A stretch of 64,000 bases of DNA from Auanema rhodensis. Taxonomy: Eukaryota; Animalia; Nematoda. The position numbers were made by a program, and so were the translations under genes. Shown here piece after piece: positions 1-15,000 of this stretch. Below the pieces are notes generated by a model. The model saw nothing but the letters and a program-made list of their open reading frames with translations. It was not told the origin of the DNA and made no database searches. The stretch is taken from assembly GCA_964057225.1 (NCBI GenBank), contig OZ059898.1, forward strand, positions 12,338,001-12,402,000, given 5' to 3'. Each line of letters begins with the position of its first letter. Positions within the stretch are counted from its first letter, which is position 1.

Positions 1-3000
1 TTTGTTGTTTTCATACTAAAACTATTTTCCTAGTCTACTATGAATATATTGTTGCTTAAATACGCATGGAAATCAACCGGTCTTATGCACATTCGGGTAA
101 GAAATAACACAAGATACGTGGAACTACGCAAATTACGTGAACATGAACTATAAAATGAATGCTTTCGCGAGCACCATAATCCAAATACCAAAATTTCTAT
201 CAAATGAATACCTTGAAACTATTTCATTCATGTGCGAGCATATTTAGTGGAACAATTTCTTTAAAAGGAAAGTTATTCTGATTTTCTTCAAATCGCAATT
301 CTTGAATTTAATGGAGATTCTGGACATAATGAGGCCGATGGATAATGATGTGCCATCTGAGAGAATTCCTCATCAGGCTCCAGACCGTGGCTCCTTTGTA
401 ATTCTTACGCAATTGACAGCTCTCCAGTAATCAAATCGTGTAATAAATATGCGGAAGATTTTGTGCTTGTTAATCGGATAGCAATATTCCGATTGCCACA
501 CGAGCAAGCGACATTTCCAATATGTACTTAAGTAGCCAAATCTTTGGAAATAGGATATGCTTATATTAAATTCAGTTTGAACAGGAGTCATAGTGATAGA
601 TTTCTCAATATTTTATTAGATAATTAAATTTTGTCTTGTACTTCATTCTATTAGATATTCAAAATCTAGAACTTATATGTAAAGTGGATGAAAAGCTATG
701 CTAAAGTCCCAATATGGTACTTGAAATGTTACATTTTTTATCATTTGCTCGCCCCTTTGTGTTTTTTTTCGCTTTCAAACAGCAATTTTCGGTTTACTGG
801 ATCGATTGTCGACGCGAAGGGACAGCTATTTTTGTTTTCTGTTTTGGTCATTCATGAACACGTCCATTCGACATCACTAGCTGAGCAGTAGAGGAAGCCG
901 ATGAAGCATGGAGATACACTAGAGAGAAAGAAAAAGTGAACAGATCAGAGAGGGAAAGAGATGGAAAAAGAAAAAAGGAATAATTTTGCAAGGAAGCGAG
1001 AGAAATAGGAAGGCAATGAGATGAGAAAAAAAGTAAATTGAAGAAATGGTCTAGCCAAAACAAGACTGAAAAAATGGTTGTTGTGTTGCTTGCCTCTTTA
1101 CGGAAAAAAAAGATGAAAAGCCGGCACAAGATAAGACTAGCTGAGTTCTTCTAAGCTCAAAAAGAGAATTGTTTTGGTAATTTGTTGCTTTGTCCAAATG
1201 AAATGTTCAACTGGCGGCTACATTCTCTAATTAGACGTCTACTGAATACCCTCTCCCTCGTTCCGAATACTAAATTGAAATAAGCTGTTCCTGAAATGAT
1301 GGAAAAGGAACAAGAATGTGTCTGCGCATCTTATAAAGCTTTGATTTGCTAATGCTTCCAATTTTGAGATAAATCGGATTTTAAAGAGAATCCCCTCACT
1401 TTGGTGCCCTTGTACTCCCACTGATTTTCTTCCGCGGCATGCTCTCATTTCTGCGCTCCTCGGCCATTGTGTTTCTATTTCGTCTGCATGAGACAGACAT
1501 TCATTCACTGACCAGATGCCCTTAGGCTGAACTTAGCCAAGACTGGGAACGAACGAGAGAATCGAAGCATATAGGATTATGAAAAGAAAGAATAGAAGGA
1601 AATTCTCCAACAGCTTACAGAGAATTAGAGAAAGAGAAAAAGAGGAAATAGGATGTTATCCTGTTTCTCTTTCTCTCACTCATTTTCAATTTCTCCCTCT
1701 GTCTTCATTCTTTTCGCCTCATGACCAGAGTGGATTGGGCTTTGGGTCATCACTGGTCCATATTCTAGTTCACATTCACTAAATTTCAAAAAGAGTTATT
1801 GTTGGATGGCACTGAGAATGAAAAGTTTACTAACATGACCATTACCTATTCTGAGGTTGTTTCCCCTTCGTTTAAAATGAGAAATTTCTGATAAAAATAT
1901 GTCTTTCCCTTTGTTTTGAAAAGTCAATAAACACTTTATATTTCATATTTTTGTACCTTCAACTATCCCTTTTTCTTGTCCTTCACGTTCAGTGCTACAT
2001 GAAATCTTATAGCGAAATTACGAATGGTGAATGAAAGGTCAGCTCCTTTAAGTTTCAATAAACGGAACCGCAATTATAGTTCGATACCCAACTTTGTTCT
2101 TTGAGCAAATTTTCAAAAAGAATATTTGAATTGGTCACTAGTGTTAGGTAGTTCTGCAGATTTTAATGGAGAGAGCCTTACCCACATGTGGCATTGAAAA
2201 GAGTTAGTGAAATAGCTCATATGAGCAAGAGGAAGGGAGAATTCAGATGGGAGAGTTGATCAGACGAAAAGAGAAGAGAGGTCAAATGGACCTTCTAACC
2301 ACCCACATTTCCAAGCAGTCCCTTGTGGTCCACTGAGTTTCCCGTGGAGCCAATCTGAAAGAAAGATAGAATGCCGAAATGTCCATGTGCGAGTTGAGCA
2401 CAAATAGTATTGTGAGCTCGGAGAGCAGCTGTCAAACATTGATTCCACTCCAAAAGGACACAGGAAGAACTAAGAATTTTTCTGAGAAGAACCAGAAAGA
2501 GATTGAGTGATGGAAAGATAATGAGCCCGGCCTATGAACCTTGATTACTCTTTAACCATAATAGTGTAGTTTGGTCAAAGTCACCTGCAATATTGAATAC
2601 ATAAAGGCCTATGAATGATCAATTTTATTGGAAATAAATAAAGAAAAGGTGATTATTGTGATATAAGATATCAGAAGTTATGTTATTTTCTATTCTTATA
2701 ATATTTATTATTTCATGTAATGTTGTTGAATTTTTGAAGGAAAAAATGCTTTTTAGCTATTATTTGCAATAAAATTTAAATAAATATGATAATTAAGTGT
2801 GCTTTGATGAACAAAACGTTCTTTTACTCCAGAATCGGAACAAATGTCTAGATGTGTCATTTCGTGATGAGAGCCTATCGAAGAAGACCGCGAAGAAGCA
2901 ACCCATACATAGCAGAAGAATTTGATGTAGATTGAAAATCATGCATAACAAGGTTTTTACAATTTGAAGTAGAGAAATTTTATTGTTTTTGTGTTGTTAA

Positions 3001-6000
3001 AGTAAAGTTTCAGTTTAAATGATGTAGCTTGTATACGTGATATAGTGCGTGACCTGATGACGCGGTAAACTCATTTCCAGCAATGAAGACGCACAATTCG
3101 GTTAGTTCCATATACACAATTTGTATTTTTCTACTCTTATCTGTATGGGTATTGGGTTATTTGTGTATTTTCTTGCTTCGTTACCTCTTTGTCTAGAAAA
3201 TTGATTTATTTTCTTGACGTTAAATCTCTGGCTTCTCCAATGTGTTCTAGATGTCGGACAAATTAAAAGATAGGAGCTTATTCATAAATGCGATGAAAGT
3301 ATATCCAGATGTGTGATATGAGTTGAGCCGCATAGTTAAACGAGCTCTAGCATTAACTAGCGTTTGTAGATCCCTGGTCATACTCTCTGTCGAAAATACC
3401 TCAATTGCAATTAATCAGAATCTGAATGAATCCCTAGTTGATGCTTAGTTTGTCATAAATTCCGAAACGAAGTGATCTCTCTGAAACACTCTTCGTTTCT
3501 CCTTTGATCAACATACCAATCTATCTACAGATTTAAATAAAGACGGATTGAGTGAGTTAAGAGAATAAGAGAATAAGAGAATAAGAGATAGAGATTGAAG
3601 AGGCTTCGACTGCACCCAATGGTAATCGTCTATTGCGCCATTGGAAACAATCAGAACATCTAACAGATCTTATGATAAATTGACGTCAAAATGGCCGTGG
3701 CCTTATAGATGAAAGCATGAGACAAGAATACGAATAAGCTAAGAAATCAAATTTGAACTTCTAATATAACTCTTCTAACCCTTTCTCTTTCTTATCTAAA
3801 CCGTCGTTTTCTTATTCATTCATAGTATCATATTCTTATTATTCGAACGTTGAATGAAACATTTGAGACAACAAACCGGAAAGATGACTGGACGAAATTT
3901 TGAAATCTGAAACCTTAAATCGCGATTTCATGATTGGTCATCGAGTTAAGTAATGCAGATTCATAAGGACTTGTAAGTTAGCTCCTCAACGATTCTCAAA
4001 GTGCTGTGCTAATAGGTTTTCCAAATTTTTTGTTAGATTTATAGTTGTTCAGGGTTTAGAAGACTTTATTGACTCCATTAGACTGATCGCTTGTTTGGAT
4101 TCTGAAGAATCTCCAGTTGGGGAGTGAATTGAGAAAACGAAAAACGGAGTGTAAATGAGCTGAAGGGTTAGGAAAGGGTAAGACAGACGATTGAGAGAGT
4201 ATTGAACTCTTATAGAAAGATAAAGGCATCTAGAGAAAAAGAGATAGATCGAGAGAATGAAGCTTAGTCATGTGAATGAAAGAGATATAGAGCTAAACTC
4301 TGCAATGTGACTAGCTTTTGGATGAGCATATACTGGTTTATTAGACAGCTAATCCTTCGAATGAACACGGTCATTTGATCCTGAACCTCTCACATTTTCG
4401 TTCATTTTACCGATTTCTCAATCCTATTGGATGTGTTTTCCTCAATCTTTTCCGGTTGGCACAATCCCTCCTTTAGGGCATTCAACAAATTAAGGATTCT
4501 GAGAATTAGAGGCCTCAGTCTGACAGGTAAATGGACACCTGCACATGAGATTATTGATATCCGATGCAGCTTTAATTGACCACAGAGAGACAAGCGGTCA
4601 TGTGGGCATTCAAGCTGCTCAGCCGCTCCTTTCTCTCTTTCTTGTGACGTCACCATTTCCAACGTTAAAACTTGAGGTACAAACCTTGAAAGGACAAAAA
4701 AGCATTAAGAGTTTCAATTTGTAGTCTTCTGTTTTTCTGCTTCAAACGTTCTAAATTTCTTTTGAATATTTCTACGACACGATAAATTTGCATTACATTG
4801 TCTTTAAGTTGCATTGCTTCTCTATACTTGAATATGTCATTCTATTTTAAGGTTTGATTCCAGCTGAAGAGCAACATGAACAAGTTGGCAATCTGTCAGC
4901 TTGTCTAAATTGCCTCAGGCTATCTGTATGACTTTTTTCTTCTTTTTTTTTTCTTGGCCTTTCTTCATCTTCCTATTCATCATTTGCGCATTCCTCAGAA
5001 GATAGGAAACAAAGTCACAGCTGAAGACACTAACGAAATCATTAAAATTACAACAAATTTATTCAGTTCATATGAGCGAAGAACGTCGACCCTTACACTC
5101 ATCTGAACTTCAATACTTTCTGATTTTCTTTCTTCTGACCGTCTTTCTCTCTTCATCGTAATCCATCTTTATCTTTTCATTTCACTGGCTTCAGAAGAAC
5201 TGAGAGAAATCAGCTTTTCGTGAATCTGTTAAGTAACAGATGCCACCTGCGCCAGCTAAGCCAGCAGGCGTTCCTAGTCTTACCCAACGCTTCATCTCCG
5301 TTATCCCTAGATTCTCGTTGCATAAGCGAGCGAGAGATAGAGAGAGACTGAGTGAACGAAACCTTTTGGTCAGCTGTAAGGCTGTCACAATGTCCTTAGG
5401 CAATCTACGTTTGAGTGTGGAAGGAGAAATTGAAACAGATACATAGATAGAATGAAGCAGTAATAAAGACAAGACGGCTTGAGTCCTATCTGAGTTAGTC
5501 TTCTAAGCAATGATAGAATTAGCTCCGGCCAACTCATGTATAAACGTCTCTCCATAAGTATGATGTTGCTTCCAATTTTCAAACATTTCATGTTCAGAGT
5601 GAGATGTAAATTGGTAGAACAATTTGTTATTAGCCATTTACAGGAAACTTGACCGGAAGTCGACAAAATTAACAATTATCCGAAAATATCTCAACCGGAT
5701 ACTGCGAAAGCGGAAGCCAAACAGAGAACATAAGGTATACTCACTTGCTTAAAGAGCGTGAGACACAGAGAGAGAGAGGTAGAGAGAAGGGCAAAGGGAT
5801 TGACCGTTTCCCCTCACATTCTCTCTTGCGCTTTGGCTTATAACCTCTAGCTACATCATGAAGTTGGTGCATGACGTCAAATATGCTCAAAGACTGTCAT
5901 TGCCTGACTGCATCTCATGGACGTTGAACTTACTCATCTGATGCTCTTCTTCATCGATGCATTCAAAATAGCGTTCACTCCAACTTAAAATGAAAAGAGA

Positions 6001-9000
6001 ACAAGGAAGAGAGAATTTCTCGTTTTGTCCTTGTATAGACATCATTAGCCTCATCTCTATAGGCTCATGATGTTCATCAGAGACTCTTTTCTCTTTCTCT
6101 CTATTGCGTCCAGTCTTTCAACTTCTCTGTCTCATCAGTTCATAGTTTGTGACCATGGGAGTCCCCCAGTTTTAGGCTCATTACTTGCTCTTCCGTGCTT
6201 CACACTCTCTCGATCACTCTTTTACTCTAGCCCTGTATCTCTTGCTCTCTATATCTTTAGCATGATTAGCTCTACTCTCTCACACGTCTCACTTCTATTC
6301 AGCTAATTCTGATCGTTAAGAAATAATCTGGTGACAGCCATCGATGACACCATATCTTACTCATTTTGACTCGTCATATTAGATTGAATTAACAAATTTG
6401 ACCTTTGTGATAGATGGCTAGCATGCGATATTGAACTTGATTTGGAGCTTGATTTAGCATTCATTTTCCAATTTCATTAGTTTGTAACATCTCATATCCA
6501 AACGAACTCCACGGCGCGTGAACAACCACATGTTTCGTTTTGAGATTTTCAGCCAAAGTAGCCGGTTGTTTCTTTTATGCTGTGTTAAATTGCGATTTCA
6601 ACTCATAAAATGATTCATAGTTAACTCGAAGAAACATCTTTCAAGCCTTTTCATGAATTGACCAAATCGCTTGAGTAGCAATTACTTAAAGCTGTTCCAA
6701 AACCATGTTGATATTTGCTTTATCGGTGGAGACCACTCTTGAACTCGAATGAAAGAAACGCGCCTGAGGGCAATGTTGCAGGAACAGCTGATGGTTGGCT
6801 GAATGCCAATAGCTGCCCTTTCTTCAGCCTCTCCCCCATTCACATGCTGTATCAGTGAGGGTCAATCGCTTCGCGAGCGCCCGTCGTCGTCATCTTCCGA
6901 AGTCCGCCATCACTCCTTCCTCTCACGTCTTGTTCAGTTTGAAAGCTCTCTGCATTTGTGGCGGACAATCATCCTGTTGTCTGCTCATCTGATTTCTCTC
7001 CGCCAACCGCGTACTCTAGTCAGCTGTCCATCGTGGTCGCCATCCGATGTCCAAAGGCTTGCTGTTTCTTCGCGCTGGCTGGCCACCCCGAGCTCAGAGT
7101 CCGAGTCCCTCCCCCATGCTCTCCCTTTCTCCCGCTTTCATCTCTCCTTCTCTCTTTTCTTTTTCCTCCCTCTCGGTTTGCTTTATTCTTTCTCTCATTT
7201 TGCTTTTAACTCTACATCTTTCCCTACTCTCCATTCTCTTTTCCTGCGTTCTGTCGCCATTGGCCGTCCCTTTGGCCATTTACATATTACGCAATCGAGA
7301 GTGGACATTTACTTGGACGAGAAGGCAACAAGCTGAGGATTTCTCCGTTCCTTGACCCATATAATCATTCTAATCTCTGTCTACATATTCATGTTATTTT
7401 CTGTGTTTTGTTTTTTAAATGAGCCAAATGCTTGAGCTTCGTCTTTCTATTTTCCTCTGTAATTTCATTTGAAAATGTTTTTTTGTCCATTTCCAGCTGC
7501 TAACTTCTGAAAAACCTTCGTCTGCATTTCATTCCCGTACACTACTCACCCTTATTTCATGTCTTTTTCACTGATTTAAAATCACATATTCTCTGATCTT
7601 TCTTGTAAAACAAACATTTTTTCTTGTTTTGCTTCAAAAAAAAAACTTTGTATGACAACCTTCCGATGACTAACCATAATCAGTATCTAACTTTCATTGC
7701 GTCATTGATGAAAAAGATCTGGGATTTTCGCATTTTTTCCCTTTGTAACAAAATTTTTGCACAATACTTACGAGCCTTGTTTTCAAATAATTTCACGAAC
7801 TCATTGCATATTATATGATATTTCGTTCAGTTGTCCAATTTTTGAGCTAAATGATGCTCAAGCTTATTAGGTCATTCCTGCAGCTTTTTGTCTACATCTC
7901 GTTCCTTGCACGAAGCTGTTCCATTTCGCCTGTCCATCTTCAAGTCAATATTTCTGTCTTCTCTGTCCTTTTCATCTCGTAATCGTCTATCTATGTGCTG
8001 TTCCTTTTCAATTCGACACCATCTTGCACATTTCTTCTTATAGTCTTTATTTATATAAACTCTACCACGTATTATTCGAAATGAATTTCATAGTTCATAA
8101 GATGATTGATCCAAGCCAAAAATGTGAAAAAAGTGAATGCAAAAATCGTAGATTAACAAAAGAGAAAAAGAGAGCAGGGGTTGACTGAAAGTTCGAATGG
8201 CTGTTTTGACCAAATTTAGAAAATATTGGGCTTGTCCCCATGCCAGGCAATCTTTCATTGCAAATAGTAGACTTCGACTCAGCCTTCCTCCCCCCCCGCT
8301 TTTCCTTTCGATTGGCTACTCGTTTTTTGCAATCTTTCTCATGTCTGTTCCGATCACCACGGCAACAAGAGCAGAAAGTATCTGAGACGAGAGATTTTGT
8401 TTTTATGAGTTTCCACATTTGCTTTCAGCAGTTTATTCAGTAAGCTCTTTAACTATTTACAAACTTATTCTTCCTAATGTTCGAACACATTTATCAAAGA
8501 TTATTGCTGCCTCCAGATTATTAAAGCAACAACTCAGCCATTGATTTTCTTGAAAATGATGAACTCAAATCAGCTAACAACTATTGAACTTTCCCACCAT
8601 TTGAGGCTTTTGTCCATCACTTGACATTTCCCACGCCGATCTCTCTTTCAGCTTCTGAAAAGTTTGGTCCTGCCTTGCTGACTTCACCAGAGCTTGAGCG
8701 TCACCGTGAGATTGTCCATCTAGTGTTTAAAGCTGTTATCGTAGCATAGCCGTTAACTAAATCAGCTGTCGGAATCTTTTTGGTTGACTCAAATTATACT
8801 TACACTATGAGGATAAGATTAAAAGAAAAATGAAAGAAAACGATTATGACGATATCTGAGAATAACATAGACCAGCCAAACATCCAACATCGTCTTTCGT
8901 CTCTCTTCAACGTGATTTCACATGATCATCTCAAAAAATTCATCTGAATGATGGAGATGATGACTGATGCTGCTGATGTCATCTCCTGAAACGGACGTAA

Positions 9001-12000
9001 GACGATTTTAGGGGGTGGACAACACTTGATGACGTGCTGTTTTGCTCTGCAGTTGGGGGTGGTTGGTCGTGTGTTTGTATCGACAAGTCGATGCTGTGGT
9101 TCTGAAGCGTTTTAGTACGATTCTCTTCGTTCATATCCTATGCACTTCTGAAGTTTTTTCCATATCTGAATCAGCCTGACAAGTTCTACGGCTAACTGAA
9201 AGCATGTCATTGTGAAGAGGTGGAGAGGGCCAAATGTCACTATGAATGCCGTTTATGTTTTCTATTATTCGTTTCATATCAATCTCTATCGTCCATATCT
9301 TTTCACTTCCTTTCTTTTCATCTTTTCAACTTCTCTCATGCTCTTCACAATCTTGCATCATGACAGACTTTCTTCTCGTTCACTTTTTTGTTGAATGAAC
9401 GGTGCATTACTATAACTATTTATTTCCCCCCTTCCTCCTAAAAAACTGAAAACATCAGCTTAGCAATATCCTTGTGCAAATCCCGACCTGCAAATCAGGG
9501 GTGGACATTCGTTCATGACTAAAATGCTATCCACCTCAATGCTGTTGACCAAATTAGAGTCAACGAGACAGAAACAAGTAAGAATTAGAGAGGGAAAGGG
9601 AGGGAAAGAGAGACAGACATAGAGAGAGATAGAGAAAGAGTTCAAACCTTGTATGCGTTTGTGTTAAAATCGGTAACGAAACTTTTTATACAAAAGAACA
9701 CAGTTTCTTCAATTGATTACAGTTGCGATTATGTCTTGTCATCTCAACTTCTCTCACTCACTTACTCCGTCAGAGCGTTTTTTTCTAATTTGCTTTCTGC
9801 CTTACTATCATACTTGATTCCTTCCTCTTTTTCTAATTGTTTTTGTACCGTCAGCCTTCTTATCACCGCAAAGCACTTCCGTCTAGATCAACTGCTCTGA
9901 GCACTTGAGTTGTCTCGTCGCACCTCATAACATTGGTGATGCAAGCCATGTCGTCTCGTCTGATCGGCTTTTTTCAACTTCAACTTGTCTCCGCCTGGGT
10001 CCGCTTTTCTTAACGCTTGTTCGATTATAAGGGACAAAATTCCTAGTCAAAACATAACAGCTTAAAAGCTTGCGGAGAACGAGAAGGGATCTCAAACAGA
10101 ATTTTTTCAAAACAAAAGCATTTTTGAGTTATATCAGGCTAACCTTTTCGGTTTCATCTGTCATGTGTCAGCTTCATTTTCGTTATGCTGTAAGCAAATT
10201 TGGGCAGGAACTGAGTATCCCATGCAAGCATTTTCGAACTCTACTAGTTATCGAGAACGAACGACGAAAGACGAAATCCGTCTTCGTTGTCATCGGTTCG
10301 TTTTTTGTTTACGCCTTGAGGCCATCGTTGTCGTGGTCGCCATCGTTTGGCTACTTCTTTCCACGATAAAGAAAGGGGAAAGCAAGAAGGAAAGCCAATG
10401 AGGAAAAGAGAGAGAGCGAAAGAAAGAAAAGAAAGAGTAAGAGAAAGCATGAGAAACAGAGAGACTATCTGTAGTCATCAGCATCCTTCTACGAGCTGCA
10501 GCCACAGAAAATGCAGCTGAAGCTTAGCTTGTTTTGGTTCCGTGCCTGTGGTCGAAGCTGGACTCGTGAACAGAAAAGGAAGACGAATGCTTGCAAGCGA
10601 GGGAGAATGCAGATGTTTTTTGCTCCGAGACATTATAAGTCATGAATGTCGGAAGTTTGCATTTTAGCTTCCTGTATTATGGGTTCATGATGTGACTTGC
10701 ATGGCTCGCGTCTGAAACTACGAATATCTGATCAGCATCAATGATTGACCATACAAATTGAAATTATATTCATGACAAATTATTGTTTTTTCTTCCAATA
10801 AAATGGTCATTTTCTCTTCCGTTGGTAATAATTTGAGCCATTCACTCTGATATTTCGCTCGTTTGCTCTGCCTTCATCACATGAGTTGTTGAACATTCGT
10901 AGCTCTTATGGCTTTTGATTTTATGAACTATTTAAGTCCTCTGACGTTGTCTAATGCTCCACAAGAAAGGTTTTGATTCTGCGAAAAGACATCAGACAGT
11001 CAGAGATCATAAGAATATGCAGGAGAATATACTCGTTTCCTAGTGACCACATCGAACGCAATCCGTTAGGCTCTTTTCTTCTATTCTCCCATTTCCTTCT
11101 TTTTCTCTCCTGTCAGTCTACATCCATTTACTCTATAGATTCAGCATCACCCTTTCTCTCTCCTCTCTTTCTCTCTCATTATCCTGATTCTCCAACTTCG
11201 TTTTAACTCTGCCATGCTCTCTCCTTTCAATGAACTGACCAAGCAGGGTAGATGAGTGTTAGGGATACAGAGTGGAACAGCGATCGAGCGAGAATGAAAG
11301 AGAATGAGTCCTATGGTCAGTTAGGTCTAGGGTCCACAGAGCTAAATCGCCTCAAGCAATTTGAGCGCTATTCCAGAATATGTGAGCTGTGTGGTCACTT
11401 GGAGAATAGGGTCCAATGTTAGGTTGCCAGAAGGAATATTTGCTCCAGAAATCGTTAAATTCGCTCGCAAGCCATGCTCTCCTGCCGTTTTGAATAGCCG
11501 GTGGCTAAAAAACTTCCATTCTCGTTCTGAAGGCGATTCCAATCACAAGACAGCCTTTTTCATTTTTTTTCAATTCAAAATGAATGAGCAAAGAGATGAT
11601 CTTTTATAGAAACTACGTAGATGACATTTACGTTTTTCAAATATGACGTCATGACGCTATGACAACACACAAAATTGGCAATGTTCCCGCTATTCCGATG
11701 TGGTCATCTGTTTTGGCCTTCTGTAGCCGACAGCCATTTTCAAAACAGTCATAGCATACTGGCTATGGTCGCATTTTAGCAAAACATCCCCCCTAGCCAT
11801 CACCAGTGTACTTCGGTCAGCCAGCACATCTTCTGTGGGTTTTTTGTAAAAGACAACGAATTTTTTTTGGTCAAATTGCCAGTTTTCTTTTATATCCTGG
11901 CTACACTCTAATTAAATGGCAAATGTTTTGTTGAATTTTTTTCGCCTTTTTAACGGTTTTCTTATTAGTTTTTGCTATTTTTTGCCCACAAATAGTAATC

Positions 12001-15000
12001 AAAAGCCACAATATAATATACCTAGATGTGCGTACCATTTTTAAGCAAATTGTTATGAAGCCATGATGTTGCCTCTGCTGCTCATCATATCTGTCAACCG
12101 TAGCCTTTCTTCTGCTCCACCCCCTATATGAACCGAAATAGTGGGGGAGGGAGGCTTTTCCTCGGAGCTTTTTTATATTTTTACCAATTACGTTTAAGTC
12201 ATACTTTTGTTTCTCGAATACATCGAAAAGTAACTCTTTTTTTTGAACATACACTCACTTTCGTAGGAAGTCTCTCTTATTCCTTGCTCCTTCTGCTACT
12301 ACCTCCTCTTCCTTCCTCTCTAACTTTCTCAATTTACCTCTTTCTTCTTCTCTCTTTCTCTACACCAACCATTTGTATTTGGGTCTGCTTTGTCTTTTAT
12401 TTCTTCCATGTTGTTGTTTGTTGTTGTTGTTTCTTGCTATCTGTCCATCTTCAGCAGCTTAAACAAACAAAAAAGCCAAAGTTAGATGGCTGGAACAAAG
12501 TTTACAAAGGAAAAGAAACAACAAAAAATCGGAAGGGAATTAAATGGACAACTCAATGATTAGCTTGAGAGAGCACAGCCTAGTCAAATGCAACCGTGTT
12601 ATGGGCTCGCGTGACGCAAAATGAAAGTCACTGCATGTCTAATCAAAATCTAACTGATCTTTTAGGAGATTTTTCCTTTAATTTGAATTTTCTCGAATTT
12701 TTTATAATCATATTTTCATTTATTTCAATGTTTTTTCTTTTTTTTACATGTACTTTGCTCATGTTTTTCTACTACGTGTTCTCTCATATGATACTGATGT
12801 TCGAAGCTTTATTAACCTGTTATACGTCTTTTCTTCAGATTCAACATCTTCTGCTCTAACTGTAGTAATCAACTCTAAGGGCTCTTCCATTCACTTAATA
12901 CGGTTTGGTGTGTGCCGCTACGAGTCGTTCCGCTACGTCGTTCATTTATGCCTTCATCTCGCTATTTTGCTCTCTGCACACACAAATAGACATATATGGG
13001 TCCCAACGTCTCTCCCAAAACATCCTTCAGTGCCTTTCAAAGCTTTCTCTCATTGGTCTTCTTTTACTAAATCGCTATCTCTCCCCCCTCTCTCTCTCCC
13101 TCTCTCTCTTTTAGAATCTTTTGCATCTTGTTCAAATTGGAAGCGTTCTGTAATGTTGACGAACTGCCTAGGCACTTTCGTAAATTCACAGAATCAGCAT
13201 CAGCTTTCGTTCTTTAATTTGCATTATAAACTTGAAATTTATCATCAGTTTAGCTTGTTTGTGTGATTATCCCTTTGTGAATTACCTAATATACTGCTTG
13301 TAAACTAACAAATATTTAAAAAAAATTTCACATTTCATTTCACTTGCACACCATCAATGTCCATATTTCAGCACATTTTTGCTCATTTTTTGGTTGCAAA
13401 AAACCCAAAAAAAAGGCTTCTTCACACTCGCACTTCAGATCAAAAAACAGAAACAAAAAAAGAAAATTCAGCTTTTGTCTAGTTCTTTGCCATTCGTCTG
13501 AGTCCATCAGCTACATAACTTCCTTCGACGGAAATTGTTTTGATAGAACGGTCGAATAGCAATTCTGCATAAGACGAATCAGAGAAACGGTTTTTTTTTC
13601 ATTGAAAGTGATGTCTACGCTCTAAACATCCTACCTTGTTTGCATTTTCCAAAATTTTTATAGAAATTTTATTATGAAAATCAATTTAATTATTGAAATA
13701 TTCACGCACTCGCACTAAAGGCATTTTGCCTTTTTGTTTGATTATTATGTTATTTGGATGCCCTGTATGTACCATCTACCTGCTTCTTCGTCGTTTTCTT
13801 TTTCCCTCAAACTCATTTCTAAATGCTTCTCCTATGTATTTGTCTTTCCCATAATTCTACTTGTAATCTTTAACGTTTTTCACCTTTGAGTTCATTCCGA
13901 TAGGTTGTACGTACGGACGTTGTCTGCGTGAAGCCTGTTCTCATTTGTGAATGACGATGAAGAAGAAGCCATTTTATCTGTTGACACTTCTACTAACCAT
14001 CCTGATCACCAGTTTCGCTCTAAAAATCAAAATCGTTGTCATTATTTCACTCATTTCCTACAATACATAGTTTAATGCTTATAGAATTTATGCATTTCTC
14101 TTAATAATTCTTATCATTTGTCCTAAAAATCTAGCTTCTTATTGCCCCTCTGCAAGTCTCTGTTCTTTTACGCTTTCTCTCTCCCTTGTTTTCTAGATTA
14201 ATTATACTAATTATACTTATCAATCCTTATCGATTTATACAGCTCATTGTCGGCATTATGTAAGATTCATTGGAAGATTACTAGCGGAACCTTCACCTAG
14301 CCAGCTAGCCGCTGTGCATGATTATCCAGATACAGCTTAGGCACCTAGACACATGATTACATGTCGAATGACCAAAGTTGCTCTTGACCTAATACAGCAT
14401 CAAACCCATCAACTAATAACTTGTTTTGCACGTCTGCCTATTAATCAGTTTGTCTGTTGATTGCATACCTCTTGCCACACACACGCATACATATATATAC
14501 AATCTTTCTTAATCTCACCTCATCACTTGTGTGTCTCTGTCTTTCTCTCTCTCACTTTCTCTCTTTCGCTTTCGTTCCTCTTTCCTCTTTCCTCTTTCCT
14601 CTTAACCGTTCCCTTTCGTTAAATCTATTTTGAACTTCGGCCACCTTCATCTCTCTATTGTTGGTTTACCTATAAGCGTGTCATCGCCGCTAACCCTTAT
14701 TTGAGAAGGACTGCAGATATGAATTAGATTGAAGTAAAAACCATCACTTGGGACAAGACAGAAGATTTTCATTGTGAGTATCTGTTTGAAAGCAGAAACT
14801 GTATGTCGCCAATCTCACTTCGAACACATTAAAGTTTTGTTGTTTTTTCTGTCCAAATCTGCTCGTCAGAGATATGAGGCAGGTAGATGATTCATGGCTT
14901 GGTCAATGCTAACGTACTATTGGAGCTGACCATAGTGTACAGGTGTGTTCATAGAACGATGGCTGGTCATTTGCTGACATACCGTTTGACGGAATGTTGA

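Noticed and set aside
30-600. Non-repetitive, coding-looking sequence at the left edge, including an intron-like GTAAGA...CTCAG unit on the minus strand
   Set aside because: All frames stop early and no translation resembles a family I recognise; it may be a gene or pseudogene fragment but cannot be called.
6803-7336. 177-aa ORF and overlapping ORFs
   Set aside because: Low-complexity S/L/F product of GC- and CT-rich DNA; no domain or splice framework.
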